Shown in pieces: positions 20,721 through 30,933 of a stretch of 43,036 nt of DNA (position 1 is its first letter; the number at the start of each line of letters is the position of its first letter). A program made the position numbers and the translations under genes. Source of the stretch: a virus (taxonomy: Duplodnaviria > Caudoviricetes); the IMG/VR virus record IMGVR_UViG_3300032303_003357, positions 1-43,036 of that record; one strand, written 5' to 3'. A model generated the notes under the pieces. It had not been told where the DNA came from. It searched no databases and worked only from the letters and a program-made list of their open reading frames with translations.

Positions 20721-21605
20721 ATGGATACCACGTTTGTAACGGGTCTTTACTACAACCTTAACGATACAGAATTCAACGGTAGAATTTCTCGCGATCTCCA
20801 TTACCCTTACTCTACTAGAAACATTTTAAACACAGGTGTTAATCTTTGTTTATTTACTGGTCAAGAATACTCTAGCAGAATTTCCCAGTTTTTAGGAGCC
20901 TCCGATAATAAAAATTGGCAATTAATAATTCAAGAATTAAAAGATTCAAAATATTATAATTATTTGAAATCTGTAAAATCTAACTTTCATTTAGTCTCTA
21001 GCCGCTGCTATGAAATTATGTACTCAAAAACTGATTGGTTAAGAACTATTATTAAGACTAATCCATACAATTCAAAATATTTTTATTGGATAGATGCAGG
21101 TCTTTCGCATCATGGACTTTTTCCTCAAAGATTTCGTAGAAATAATACAGGCGACCCTCAGTACGACCAGTGGTATAATTATAATTTATTCGATGAAACG
21201 CTTGTAGATAGGTTATTACAGCCTACTATTGATTCAGATAAAATATTTTGCATAGGATTTGAACAAAGTAACAGTTTAGTTCATTACCCCTGGCTTAATG
21301 AGGTATATGATAAACCTAGATCTTACCCATATCATTTTATTGGCGGTCTTTTCGGTGGGTTGTCAGAACAGTTATTATGGTTTTGTGACTTATTTGATGA
21401 AAGATTAGATAAAGCTTTCAAATTAGGTCTTCTTCCTATGGAAGAGCAAATATATACTAGTATATTTCAAGATTATTATGACAGATTTAAACATAAGCAG
21501 TTTAATTTCTGGTACTACCCCGACCCTTCAAATCCGATTTATGAAAATTCTCTCTGTCATTTAGAGGGTAGAGAGCCTAAATGTTTTTATGAGATGTTTT
21601 TATGA
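20721..21605 (+). CDS. HtrL/YibB (WlaTC)-type putative glycosyltransferase
   Basis: TTFVTGLY, NPYNSKYFYWIDAG, IGGLFGG, EEQIY motifs. Confidence 0.75.
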   Translation: MDTTFVTGLYYNLNDTEFNGRISRDLHYPYSTRNILNTGVNLCLFTGQEYSSRISQFLGASDNKNWQLIIQELKDSKYYNYLKSVKSNFHLVSSRCYEIMYSKTDWLRTIIKTNPYNSKYFYWIDAGLSHHGLFPQRFRRNNTGDPQYDQWYNYNLFDETLVDRLLQPTIDSDKIFCIGFEQSNSLVHYPWLNEVYDKPRSYPYHFIGGLFGGLSEQLLWFCDLFDERLDKAFKLGLLPMEEQIYTSIFQDYYDRFKHKQFNFWYYPDPSNPIYENSLCHLEGREPKCFYEMFL

Positions 21606-23188
21606 GTAAAAATATAAGTTTATACGGTTCACATAATGGTGGTATTGCTTTTAAGCATAATAATCGCTATAGGGTTATAGAAATAGAGAGATTTACTAAC
21701 AAGAAAAACCTAGGCCTAGTACAATATAGGCTTTGTGTACACCCTAAATTTGTTTTAGAAGAGATGTTAAGGTATATTAATAAAGAGTTTGGAATATTTC
21801 CTAAGTTCGATAATTGTATATATGCTAATTCAGATGTCATATATGGAGAAAATAAGTATCATTTTGAAAAATTTATAAATGCAGATAACCATATAAACTG
21901 CTTACATCATAGAGCGCATGCAGCAGGTACCTTTTATCAATCACCTTTTAAAGAAGCTATAATTATAAGCTTTGATGGTGGTGGTAGTGATGGTTTTTTT
22001 AATTTTTATACAGCAACCCGTAAGGATAGTGTAACAGAAATTCAAAGAATTAATCTCGACTTAGGTTTTGCTTATATGATATTCGGTCATTATCTTAAAC
22101 CAATATCATTTGAAAGCGATTTGAATAAGGGTAATTTAGTATACTCAGGTAAACTTATGGGGTTATGCGGCTACGGTAACGTGAGAAGTGAGTGGATACC
22201 ACATTTTAAAGAGTTTTACCACAAAAAACCAGAAGGTCCTACATATAAGGAGTTTATCGAAGAGCTAGGTCAAAAAATAAACATAGTTTTTGATATTAAC
22301 AACAGAATCGATGGTCAAGACGCATTAGATATATCTGCTACCTCACAAGCTGTGTTTGAAGAGATATTTTTCGAGAACATTACACCTTTTGTTGAAGCAA
22401 ACCCTGATTTACCTATTTGTATATCTGGAGGTTGCGGCCTAAACGTGGTATGTAATACAAAAGTTAAAGAAAAATTTGGTAGAGAAGTGTTTGTCGCGCC
22501 TAATTCTAGTGATTGCGGGTTAGCATTAGGACAATTATTAGATTTTGAGAGACCTGAAGAACAAGTTGATGCGACTTACGCGGGATTACCTATACTTGAC
22601 CAAAACTGCATATTTGAATTGATAGAAAATAAGTGGTCAGAAGAGTATACTGTTGAAAAAGCCGCAGCATTACTATCTAGAGGTAGTATTGTAGGTGTTA
22701 TAAGAGGAGATAGTGAACATGGACCTAGAGCTTTAGGTAATAGAAGTATTTTATGTAACCCTGCGATTACAAACATGAAAGATATACTTAACGAAAAAGT
22801 TAAAAAGCGTGAATGGTTTAGACCTTTTGCACCTGTTGTGCGTTTAGAAGACGTTGAAAAATATTTTCATTGGAAAGGTGAATGTAGATTCATGGGATTT
22901 TATACAATGGTAAAAGACGAATGGAAAGAACAACTCAAGGCAATTACACATGTGGACGGCTCAGCTAGAGTTCAAACTGTAACTCGTCAACAAAATGAAT
23001 ATTTGTATGACTTGTTAACAGAGTTTGATAAGCAAAATAACTTCGGTGTACTTCTAAATACATCGTTCAATGTAAACGGTAAGCCGCTTATTAATACGTA
23101 CAAAGATGCATTATATATGCTTAACAATTCAGGCCTAGATTTTCTATTTACTGAGAAATATATAATACATACAGACTATCACGTATGA
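21602..23188 (+). CDS. O-carbamoyltransferase, NodU/CmcH/TobZ family
   Basis: HHRAHAA, FDGGG, GKLMGL, SGGCGLNV, EHGPRALGNRSIL, KKREWFRPFAP, THVDGSARVQTV, LNTSFNVNGKPL. Confidence 0.93.
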   Translation: MSKNISLYGSHNGGIAFKHNNRYRVIEIERFTNKKNLGLVQYRLCVHPKFVLEEMLRYINKEFGIFPKFDNCIYANSDVIYGENKYHFEKFINADNHINCLHHRAHAAGTFYQSPFKEAIIISFDGGGSDGFFNFYTATRKDSVTEIQRINLDLGFAYMIFGHYLKPISFESDLNKGNLVYSGKLMGLCGYGNVRSEWIPHFKEFYHKKPEGPTYKEFIEELGQKINIVFDINNRIDGQDALDISATSQAVFEEIFFENITPFVEANPDLPICISGGCGLNVVCNTKVKEKFGREVFVAPNSSDCGLALGQLLDFERPEEQVDATYAGLPILDQNCIFELIENKWSEEYTVEKAAALLSRGSIVGVIRGDSEHGPRALGNRSILCNPAITNMKDILNEKVKKREWFRPFAPVVRLEDVEKYFHWKGECRFMGFYTMVKDEWKEQLKAITHVDGSARVQTVTRQQNEYLYDLLTEFDKQNNFGVLLNTSFNVNGKPLINTYKDALYMLNNSGLDFLFTEKYIIHTDYHV

Positions 23189-24912
23189 GTACACTTATTG
23201 AAGCGCCTATAGAAATACCTAAAGTAGAAAAAGCAGATGAAAATATAGTTTTCGTAACAGGATTATGGAATATTGGACGTGATAAATTAAAAGAAGGTTG
23301 GAGTAGAGGTTATCAACATTATTTAAATCGTTTTGAAGAGTTGCTTAAAACGCCATATAATTTAATAGTATATGGTGACGATGAGTTGGAGACATTTGTT
23401 TTTCAAAGAAGAAGTATTATTAATACTCAGTTTGTAAAAAGAGATATTTCATTCTTTACAAATACAGAATTTAATGAAAACATTCAGAAAATAAGACAAA
23501 ATCCCGAATGGCTCGATCAAGCTGGGTGGTTGAGAGACTCTACACAAGCAAGATTAGAAATTTATAATCCCCTCGTAACAAGTAAAATGTTCTTACTTAA
23601 CGATGCAAGACTTTTATCTAAATTTAAAAGTGAGTATATGTTTTGGATTGATGCAGGTCTTTCTAATACTGTTCATTGGGGATATTTTAATGAAACCGGT
23701 ACAATAAATAGGCTTAAAAAATATTTTAATAAATTTTCTTTTGTTTGCTTTCCGTACGAAGCAGAAAACGAAATTCACGGATTTAAGTTTTCTGATATAT
23801 GTAAAATTGCTGGTGATAAAGTAAAGCTAGTTGGTAGGGGTGGATTTTTTGGCGGGCCTACCGAATCTATAGCACCTGTCAATTCGCTTTATTATGGACT
23901 ATTAAAATCTACTTTAGATAGCGGTTTAATGGGTACTGAAGAATCTATTTTTAGTATTTTAGTTTATAAACATTCTGACTTAATAAATTACTTTGAGATA
24001 GAAGGTAACGGGTTAATATCTGCTTTTTTTGAAGGGTTAAAAAACGACACTTTAAAAATAAAAAATAAACTTCCACAGGAACAAATTAATAATACACTTA
24101 ACACAGATAACGTAGCTCTCTATGTTATAACCTATAATTCTCCAAACCAGTTTAGAACTTTAATTAAATCTATGGATTTTTATGATAAGAATTTTCTTAC
24201 TAAGCCGAAAAAGTTTTTACTCGATAACTCAAAAGATGAAAAAACATTTGATGAATATGCAGCATTATGTAAAGAGCATGACTTTGTACATATTAAGAAA
24301 GATAATCTAGGAATTTGCGGTGGTAGACAATTTATTGCTGAACATGCTGATGAAAATGGGTTTGATTATCACTTCTTTTTTGAAGATGATATGTTCTTTT
24401 ATAACGGCGATAATATTGTTTGTAAGAATGGCTTAGTACGCAAGGTGACTGATTTATATAATAAGACGCTAGACATATGCAGAATACATAATTTAGATTT
24501 CTTAAAACTAAGCTTTACTGAATTTTTCGGTGATAATTCTATACAATGGGCGTGGTATAACGTTCCTCAGAAGGTTCGTGAGCGTGTTTGGCCGAATAAA
24601 TGTGTTTTACCTGAAATAGGTCAAGACCCTAATGCACCTAGAACAAGGTTCGAAAGCATACAATCTTATAAAAACCTTGCTTTTGCTACCGGTGAAGTAT
24701 ACTATAGCAATTGGCCTCAAGTAGTTACAAAACATGGTAATAAAAAAATGTTTTTAACAACTAAATGGGCACATCCCTTTGAACAAACATGGATGTCGTA
24801 TATATTCCAACAGAAATTAGAAGGTGAAATCAATGGCGGGCTCTTATTAGCAACACCTACTGAGCATGATAGATTTGAGCATTATAATAAAGAAGAAAGA
24901 CGCGAAAATTAA
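23185..24912 (+). CDS. Two-domain glycosyltransferase: HtrL-type N-domain plus GT-A (GT2-like) C-domain
   Basis: N: VFVTGLWNIGR, MFWIDAG, GGFFGG, TEES; C: YVITYNSP, LLDNS, DNLGICGGR, FFEDD. Confidence 0.78.
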   Translation: MSTLIEAPIEIPKVEKADENIVFVTGLWNIGRDKLKEGWSRGYQHYLNRFEELLKTPYNLIVYGDDELETFVFQRRSIINTQFVKRDISFFTNTEFNENIQKIRQNPEWLDQAGWLRDSTQARLEIYNPLVTSKMFLLNDARLLSKFKSEYMFWIDAGLSNTVHWGYFNETGTINRLKKYFNKFSFVCFPYEAENEIHGFKFSDICKIAGDKVKLVGRGGFFGGPTESIAPVNSLYYGLLKSTLDSGLMGTEESIFSILVYKHSDLINYFEIEGNGLISAFFEGLKNDTLKIKNKLPQEQINNTLNTDNVALYVITYNSPNQFRTLIKSMDFYDKNFLTKPKKFLLDNSKDEKTFDEYAALCKEHDFVHIKKDNLGICGGRQFIAEHADENGFDYHFFFEDDMFFYNGDNIVCKNGLVRKVTDLYNKTLDICRIHNLDFLKLSFTEFFGDNSIQWAWYNVPQKVRERVWPNKCVLPEIGQDPNAPRTRFESIQSYKNLAFATGEVYYSNWPQVVTKHGNKKMFLTTKWAHPFEQTWMSYIFQQKLEGEINGGLLLATPTEHDRFEHYNKEERREN

Positions 24913-24943
24913 ATAAAACTATTTAATATTTAGGTTGTTACAG

Positions 24944-24949
24944 TAAATA
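24944..24949 (+). promoter_or_regulatory. Late-promoter-like TAAATA, 5 nt before GTG 24955
   Basis: Conserved spacing. Confidence 0.6.
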
Positions 24950-24954
24950 TTAAT

Positions 24955-27498
24955 GTGAATTTTGTTACCTATGTTTTGTCTAGTTATCAACCTCTAGAGA
25001 AGCCAACAGTTTTAAATCACTATCTTTTTGCTGACCCAGTTTACGGTACATCTTTTTTATACCCTTCTACTGCGGATTGTAGGTTTTTTACTACCGATAC
25101 GAGTGCTTTTACTGCTATTAGTGGTGGCGCTTTTTTCCCCTGGGGTTACCCCGTTAAAAATACATTAACTTTTTATGATTTAGGTAATTTTAAAGGCGAT
25201 ACGACTTTAATTATAAACCCTTCTTCTATAGATGAAACATATTTTACTACTCTAAAAATACTTTATGATTTCGGAGATGGAAGCGATATCTTAAATGTAG
25301 AGAAAAAATCTGTTACAAATTACATACCTTCAGTACCGACACTAGACCCCGGTACACCTAAAGATGTGATTATATCACATACCTACAGGCCAGACGAACT
25401 TGATAGAGCTACAACATATTATCCTTCAATAAGTATTATAAGCGGTAATTTATCAATTACAGTATTTCAGCTTACATTATCTTTATATGTTGATTCAATG
25501 TTTTCATTTAAGGATTTTCATCTAATTAACTCATCTCAATTAACACAAGCAGATGATAATTTACAAAAAAGTTTAGAAATATTTGAAGTCAAAAATCAAG
25601 ACGATTTATTTGTAAGTAATTTTCTTCTTTTAAGTAGTGCGCCTGATGCTATTTTAAATCAAACTCCTGATAGAAAATATATACCCACACCCACACCTAC
25701 ACCTACAATATCTGTTACACAAACTATAACACCTTCTGTCACACCTACAACAACTCCTACCTATACCCCAACGCCTACTCTTACTATTAATGCTTCACCA
25801 ACACCTACACCTTCTATTTCAATTACCCCGTCAGAAACACCAGAGCTTACACCAACACCTACAAATACAATTTCAGAAACACCAGAACCTACGGTTACAA
25901 TTTCTGTAACGCCTTCTAACACACCCTCACATACACCTGCACCTACATATACACCTACACAATCTATTACACCTTCAACATCACCTACACCAACGGCAAC
26001 ACCTACAAATACAGTTACACCTTCTAATACACCTACACTAACACCTGCAAATACATTAACACCTACACCCGGTACAACACCTTCAGTGACACCTACAAGG
26101 ACTCCACCGGTAACTCCTTCTAGATCTGGAGCTCCTGCATTATCACCTACCCCAACAGTATCCATTACACAATCAGTAACACCTACTCGTACAGAAACAC
26201 CTACAGCTACAATAACGCCTACAAGAACACCTACAATAACACCTACTAATTCAGTAACACCTACACCGTCACTAACACCTCCAATGATAGACATACCTGG
26301 AAATCTCTTTGTTGCTGGAAATAATGTTAAATATCAATTGGGTATGGAGCTTATGAATACGGATAGAACTAATATACTTTTGCAAAACTTAGGTAATTGG
26401 ACTGATGTGATTTACTCTAGCTTATATACTTTTGCTTTATCAGCATCACCTTCAACGGGTATTAATAGTCTTTATTTCTCTGGTAGTAATGCAGCATATC
26501 AAAGCGGGTTAAATGATAATTACTTTAGACCTGTTTTTACATTAGTACCTAAACCCACTACATCTAATAATTACTCTAAAGTATCTACCGGTAATAACCA
26601 TACATTAGCATTAATGGGTAATGAATTATGGGCTGTGGGTCGCGGTTTATCTGCTCAATTTGGATTAACATTAACAGATCCTATAACTTCTTGGGTTAAG
26701 ATTCCAGGAAACTTTATTGATATAGCTGCAGGTGTAAATTACTCGTTAGTACTTTCTTCTGATAATTCTCTGCTAGTAACTGGTAAAAATACAGTTGGTC
26801 AATTAGGTACAGATGATTATATCAATAGACCATCTTTAACTAAGATAACCAGTGTACAAGATCCAAAAGGTCTTGGTTTTGATATTCTTAACCCTAAATT
26901 TACCAAGATTTATCAGCCTCATTTATACAATACATCTTATGCACTATCGGGCAATCCATCTAACCCCTTATCAAGACTATTTATAGCAGGCGATAATACG
27001 TTTGGCCAAGTTGGTGAAAATTTAGGATTCCCATCTCAGGAATACTGGGCACCAATTTCTTCAGAATGGAATAACGGTATACCTGATCTTTACCTTTCTT
27101 CTTATTCAGTAGGATATAATTTTATCATAGGCCTATCTTCTGGTGGTAAGATGGTAGGTACAGGTATGACGAAATGGGGTAATTTCGGTATTGGACAGAC
27201 ACCATTTGGAAGCCCATTGCCTGAATATCTCAATGACTGGGGCCTTTCATTAAACTTCTTTGAAAGAAATTCACCACTATCGGGTAAGAGAGTCGTAAAT
27301 GTATCTTGCGGTTATTCCCATACTTGGATTCTTTCATCAACAGGAGCAGCTAAATTAACCGCTTTTAGAGCTGGGTATGATGAATCCGGTGAACTTGCTT
27401 CATGGGTATATAATGATAGATTCTGGACATTTACACCTTTATCAGGAACTTGGAGTAATGCTATAGCAGGATATGGTACTTCATTCTTATTCAGCTAA
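24955..27498 (+). CDS. Mucin-stalk protein 2: PKD-like domain, ~200-aa Thr/Pro stalk, RCC1/BLIP-II-type beta-propeller
   Basis: ILYDFGDGS..SHTY; RCC1-like GNNVKYQLG, VSTGNNHTLAL, AAGVNYSLVL..GKNTVGQLG, VSCGYSHT. Confidence 0.75.
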   Translation: MNFVTYVLSSYQPLEKPTVLNHYLFADPVYGTSFLYPSTADCRFFTTDTSAFTAISGGAFFPWGYPVKNTLTFYDLGNFKGDTTLIINPSSIDETYFTTLKILYDFGDGSDILNVEKKSVTNYIPSVPTLDPGTPKDVIISHTYRPDELDRATTYYPSISIISGNLSITVFQLTLSLYVDSMFSFKDFHLINSSQLTQADDNLQKSLEIFEVKNQDDLFVSNFLLLSSAPDAILNQTPDRKYIPTPTPTPTISVTQTITPSVTPTTTPTYTPTPTLTINASPTPTPSISITPSETPELTPTPTNTISETPEPTVTISVTPSNTPSHTPAPTYTPTQSITPSTSPTPTATPTNTVTPSNTPTLTPANTLTPTPGTTPSVTPTRTPPVTPSRSGAPALSPTPTVSITQSVTPTRTETPTATITPTRTPTITPTNSVTPTPSLTPPMIDIPGNLFVAGNNVKYQLGMELMNTDRTNILLQNLGNWTDVIYSSLYTFALSASPSTGINSLYFSGSNAAYQSGLNDNYFRPVFTLVPKPTTSNNYSKVSTGNNHTLALMGNELWAVGRGLSAQFGLTLTDPITSWVKIPGNFIDIAAGVNYSLVLSSDNSLLVTGKNTVGQLGTDDYINRPSLTKITSVQDPKGLGFDILNPKFTKIYQPHLYNTSYALSGNPSNPLSRLFIAGDNTFGQVGENLGFPSQEYWAPISSEWNNGIPDLYLSSYSVGYNFIIGLSSGGKMVGTGMTKWGNFGIGQTPFGSPLPEYLNDWGLSLNFFERNSPLSGKRVVNVSCGYSHTWILSSTGAAKLTAFRAGYDESGELASWVYNDRFWTFTPLSGTWSNAIAGYGTSFLFS
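25684..26283 (+). repeat. Mucin-like Thr/Pro/Ser low-complexity coding repeat
   Basis: Direct translation (PTPTP, TPSNT, TISETP). Confidence 0.95.
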
Positions 27499-27526
27499 TG
27501 TAATTCATGATACTACATATGCAAAA

Positions 27527-27532
27527 TAAATA
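27527..27532 (+). promoter_or_regulatory. Late-promoter-like TAAATA, 5 nt before ATG 27538
   Basis: Conserved spacing. Confidence 0.6.
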
Positions 27533-27537
27533 ATAGT

Positions 27538-30500
27538 ATGATAATTAACAATTTAACATATAACAACTTTGTAGGATTATCTTCTAGATATTCTTATAAT
27601 GATAAAGTTAAATTTAATGAAAGGCTTTTTCTTGCAGAACAGGATATATACTTACCTTTTAACGAGAGCTTTAAAGAGTTAAATGATAATAAGATTAATA
27701 ACTTTTCAAGTTTATATCTAACTAAATCTGTTGATTTGTCTAGTTGTTTATATGTAGATAACTTAAAAAATTTAAATGACGAAGGGTTCTCTACTTATTT
27801 TGCAGTAAATGCTGCTATTTCTTTTACACCTAATACTAGATTCTGGACTGTACAAGAACCTGAAAACTATACAAATAAAGCTAATGTTAGTTCTAGCGGT
27901 AGATTTGATAAAATAGGTAATAGTTACTTTTTCGATGTTGAATTAATAGATGAAAAGCTTTGCAAAATATCACACGAAAATGATAATGTTACTAGATATT
28001 TGACAGTAGATTATACAGGTACTATAAGTTTTACCAAAGATATAGAGTTAGATGCAATAGGACAAAGATCACCACAAATTTTTTATTATGTATATGATAG
28101 AAAATATGATTTTATTGTTATTATTAAAAATGTAAATGATGTTGGTATGTATGTTTCATATAACGCAGAATATCCAGATAGGCTTACGCTAGCTAATCCT
28201 TTAACTGGCACGTCTATACCGTATTCTATTTCTTCTATTTTTAAAATTAGAAAACGTGCTAGCTCTTCAAATAATACCCATCTTTTAGAACCGTGGATAG
28301 GCTATAATAAAGATTTTAAAATTAACACTCAAGATGTTAATAGTAGCAGAAGTTTTAATACTGTTCCAGGTAATACTTTAATTAATAATGAATATTTTAA
28401 TATTAAGTATAATTCATTAGATGTAAATGTATTGTCTTTAAAAAATACTAACACACCTGAAAATTTTCAATCAAGAAATAATCCTTTTTTTAATGAAAAG
28501 AATGTTGTTTTTAGGGACTATAAAAGTCTTTATAGCGGAAGTAATCAGCTATTAGGAGATGATAATATTACCCTAGGCTACGAAAGTTTTACAAATTCTA
28601 TTTTGCTCAAAAAAGATAAGGTAACATATTTTCACATACCCCAAATATTTTATCCGTATGAGCAACTTAATATTGCTGATTCCGGTCTTATAGAAGCTGG
28701 TGCTATAGCGGGAGATCATCCAATTAAATCTGATAAAGTCTTTAAGAAAAAAGCAGATTACAAATACACTTCTTATTTTGGTGACACAAAAGAAGAAACA
28801 ACCGGTCAATTTTTATGTTCATGGCTTTCAGGTTGCCCAGATGTCAATACAAAACCAATTTGGGTAGATAGATACTACAACCCTAAAAATATTTCGTTTT
28901 TTAAAGCTCTAACTGCATCTGATTTTAAAGCTATAAAATATATTTCTTTATTCGATTGTATCGATATTGAAGCAACAGGCATTTTAGGTGATGTAGATGT
29001 ATATGATAAACCATCAGATCTAGTATTTGAAAAAGGTACGTACTATGCATATCATCATTATGGGCCTAACGATGTTGAGAATTTTTTGAAATCTATTTCT
29101 GATACACTAATTCAAACCAAGCCATTAAGCTATAAGTTTTATAACGGCCCAGAGGTACTACCAAGTGATTTATTAACTGACAGTATAGTTGAATATGTTT
29201 TTGACGGAACAAAATACGCTACATCATATTCTCTATCTAGCGTACAAACTACAAATCAATTTACACTTTTATTTGATATGTATAGTGAGGATTGGACAGC
29301 ACCTATGGGGTATCAAATTATGGGTAATTTCGATAGAGACGGGTTCGGTATTTTTAATAAAAATATTATTACAACCACTACATTTTTAGCAAATTTAAGT
29401 GCACTTAAAATTACAAATAAAAAATTTAATGAACTAAATTCATTAAAATTACCAGAAAATATTGCTTCTATTATAAGATATCAAGGTCTACAAGATTGCT
29501 TCTTAATTTTAAAAGATAATACTTTAAGAAGGTATAACCTTTCATATAATGAAACAAGAAAAACGAGCTTTGATGGTCTAGGAAATATTTTAGGCATAGA
29601 TTATGATGAAACTAATGCATTTGTATACTGTATTAATAGCTCAAATACTAGAAAAATATTATGGTGTAATTTAAATTCACATCAAGTAAAAGATATTACT
29701 AATACAGGCGAATATCCATTTAGATTTGTTTCGCCACATTCTGATATATCAGATAATTTACTCAATAATGTAAATTATTATGAAGGTCGTATATATTTCA
29801 CACCAGGATTAAAGAGTCAACGTAAAGAAGATTCAATATATTTCCTTAAAGATACAAAAAGAATTGTCTTGTGGGAAAGCATTGCTACTAATACAACTCC
29901 TACTACAGCTTTTTATTCTAACACTATTATAAACGACTTTTCATTAGATTTTGATAATAATATATGGATACTGTATGATAATAATAAATTTGTAAAATAT
30001 ACAAATGATAGAAAATTTATATTATCCGGTGTATTAGGTGACGATAGCTATACAAATTATAAAATAGATTTTGAAGCAGAATTTAACGACAAGAAATATA
30101 ACAAATATGCATTAATTTCTAGAGTTAATAATTCAGACAATACAAAAGTTTTATTTAATAGGTTAGATGTTAATACTGGTGCTGTTTTATTTTCAGATAC
30201 AACAAATGTAGCAACTACATTAAAAAATAATTTTACTAATAGTAATTTTATTAGGTCATTTATTAAAGAAAAGTATAGTGAAAATCAATTAAGCATAAAA
30301 GCTCTTTTAACTAATAGTGTAAACTCCAATGATACAGTTGCTCCAGAAATTACTTTTGATGTTACTCAACTTGATCCCGGTTATCATTCTTTTGGTATAA
30401 GATTTGATGCCGATAACGGTAGAATTTATTTGTTTATTGATGGGCAAATTACCGGTGTAGGTAGTAAAGGCGAAATAGGCTATGATTACTTTACCCCCAG

Positions 30501-30933
30501 AAAATATAAATTTAGTAATGTAATATATAAACCGTTTTTGTTCGGTACATCTAACTATGCATTCTCTGTACCGCTATTTACCTACTTAAAAGATTCATCT
30601 TTCTTAGCAAATAATTTTAAGCTTAAAAATATATACATCTATAGTAAAGCATTATTTGATTTTGATATAATGTTTCATGCAAGACGTAATATGACAATAA
30701 ATGACTTAAGGTTTGATGTGGCTTGTGGTAGGAGAAACTATAATGAAGAAATAGAAAGATATTTTAAGCTCGATGTTCCGGGTTCAAAATCTACATTATA
30801 TAATTTAGTTATTAGAAATTCTAGTATTACAGATCCCGAACTAAAGGTAGAAATAGAAAAACGAATACTTTCTATTATTAATGAATCAGCACCTGCTTAT
30901 TCTAAACTTAACAAGATTATATGGAGTAATTAA
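27538..30933 (+). CDS. Large virion protein with probable LamG/ConA-like and propeller segments
   Basis: LDPGYHSFGIRFDADNGRIYLFIDGQ resembles a LamG strand pattern; LDFDNNIWIL blade; 1131 aa. Confidence 0.55.
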   Translation: MIINNLTYNNFVGLSSRYSYNDKVKFNERLFLAEQDIYLPFNESFKELNDNKINNFSSLYLTKSVDLSSCLYVDNLKNLNDEGFSTYFAVNAAISFTPNTRFWTVQEPENYTNKANVSSSGRFDKIGNSYFFDVELIDEKLCKISHENDNVTRYLTVDYTGTISFTKDIELDAIGQRSPQIFYYVYDRKYDFIVIIKNVNDVGMYVSYNAEYPDRLTLANPLTGTSIPYSISSIFKIRKRASSSNNTHLLEPWIGYNKDFKINTQDVNSSRSFNTVPGNTLINNEYFNIKYNSLDVNVLSLKNTNTPENFQSRNNPFFNEKNVVFRDYKSLYSGSNQLLGDDNITLGYESFTNSILLKKDKVTYFHIPQIFYPYEQLNIADSGLIEAGAIAGDHPIKSDKVFKKKADYKYTSYFGDTKEETTGQFLCSWLSGCPDVNTKPIWVDRYYNPKNISFFKALTASDFKAIKYISLFDCIDIEATGILGDVDVYDKPSDLVFEKGTYYAYHHYGPNDVENFLKSISDTLIQTKPLSYKFYNGPEVLPSDLLTDSIVEYVFDGTKYATSYSLSSVQTTNQFTLLFDMYSEDWTAPMGYQIMGNFDRDGFGIFNKNIITTTTFLANLSALKITNKKFNELNSLKLPENIASIIRYQGLQDCFLILKDNTLRRYNLSYNETRKTSFDGLGNILGIDYDETNAFVYCINSSNTRKILWCNLNSHQVKDITNTGEYPFRFVSPHSDISDNLLNNVNYYEGRIYFTPGLKSQRKEDSIYFLKDTKRIVLWESIATNTTPTTAFYSNTIINDFSLDFDNNIWILYDNNKFVKYTNDRKFILSGVLGDDSYTNYKIDFEAEFNDKKYNKYALISRVNNSDNTKVLFNRLDVNTGAVLFSDTTNVATTLKNNFTNSNFIRSFIKEKYSENQLSIKALLTNSVNSNDTVAPEITFDVTQLDPGYHSFGIRFDADNGRIYLFIDGQITGVGSKGEIGYDYFTPRKYKFSNVIYKPFLFGTSNYAFSVPLFTYLKDSSFLANNFKLKNIYIYSKALFDFDIMFHARRNMTINDLRFDVACGRRNYNEEIERYFKLDVPGSKSTLYNLVIRNSSITDPELKVEIEKRILSIINESAPAYSKLNKIIWSN

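Noticed and set aside
17513-27498. Eukaryotic or giant-virus origin suggested by mucins, GT60, RCC1 and an RFC-like gene
   Set aside because: gp6/gp25/gp53-like baseplate genes, T4-type late promoters, sigma70-like promoters, overlapping operons and a tmRNA indicate a bacteriophage
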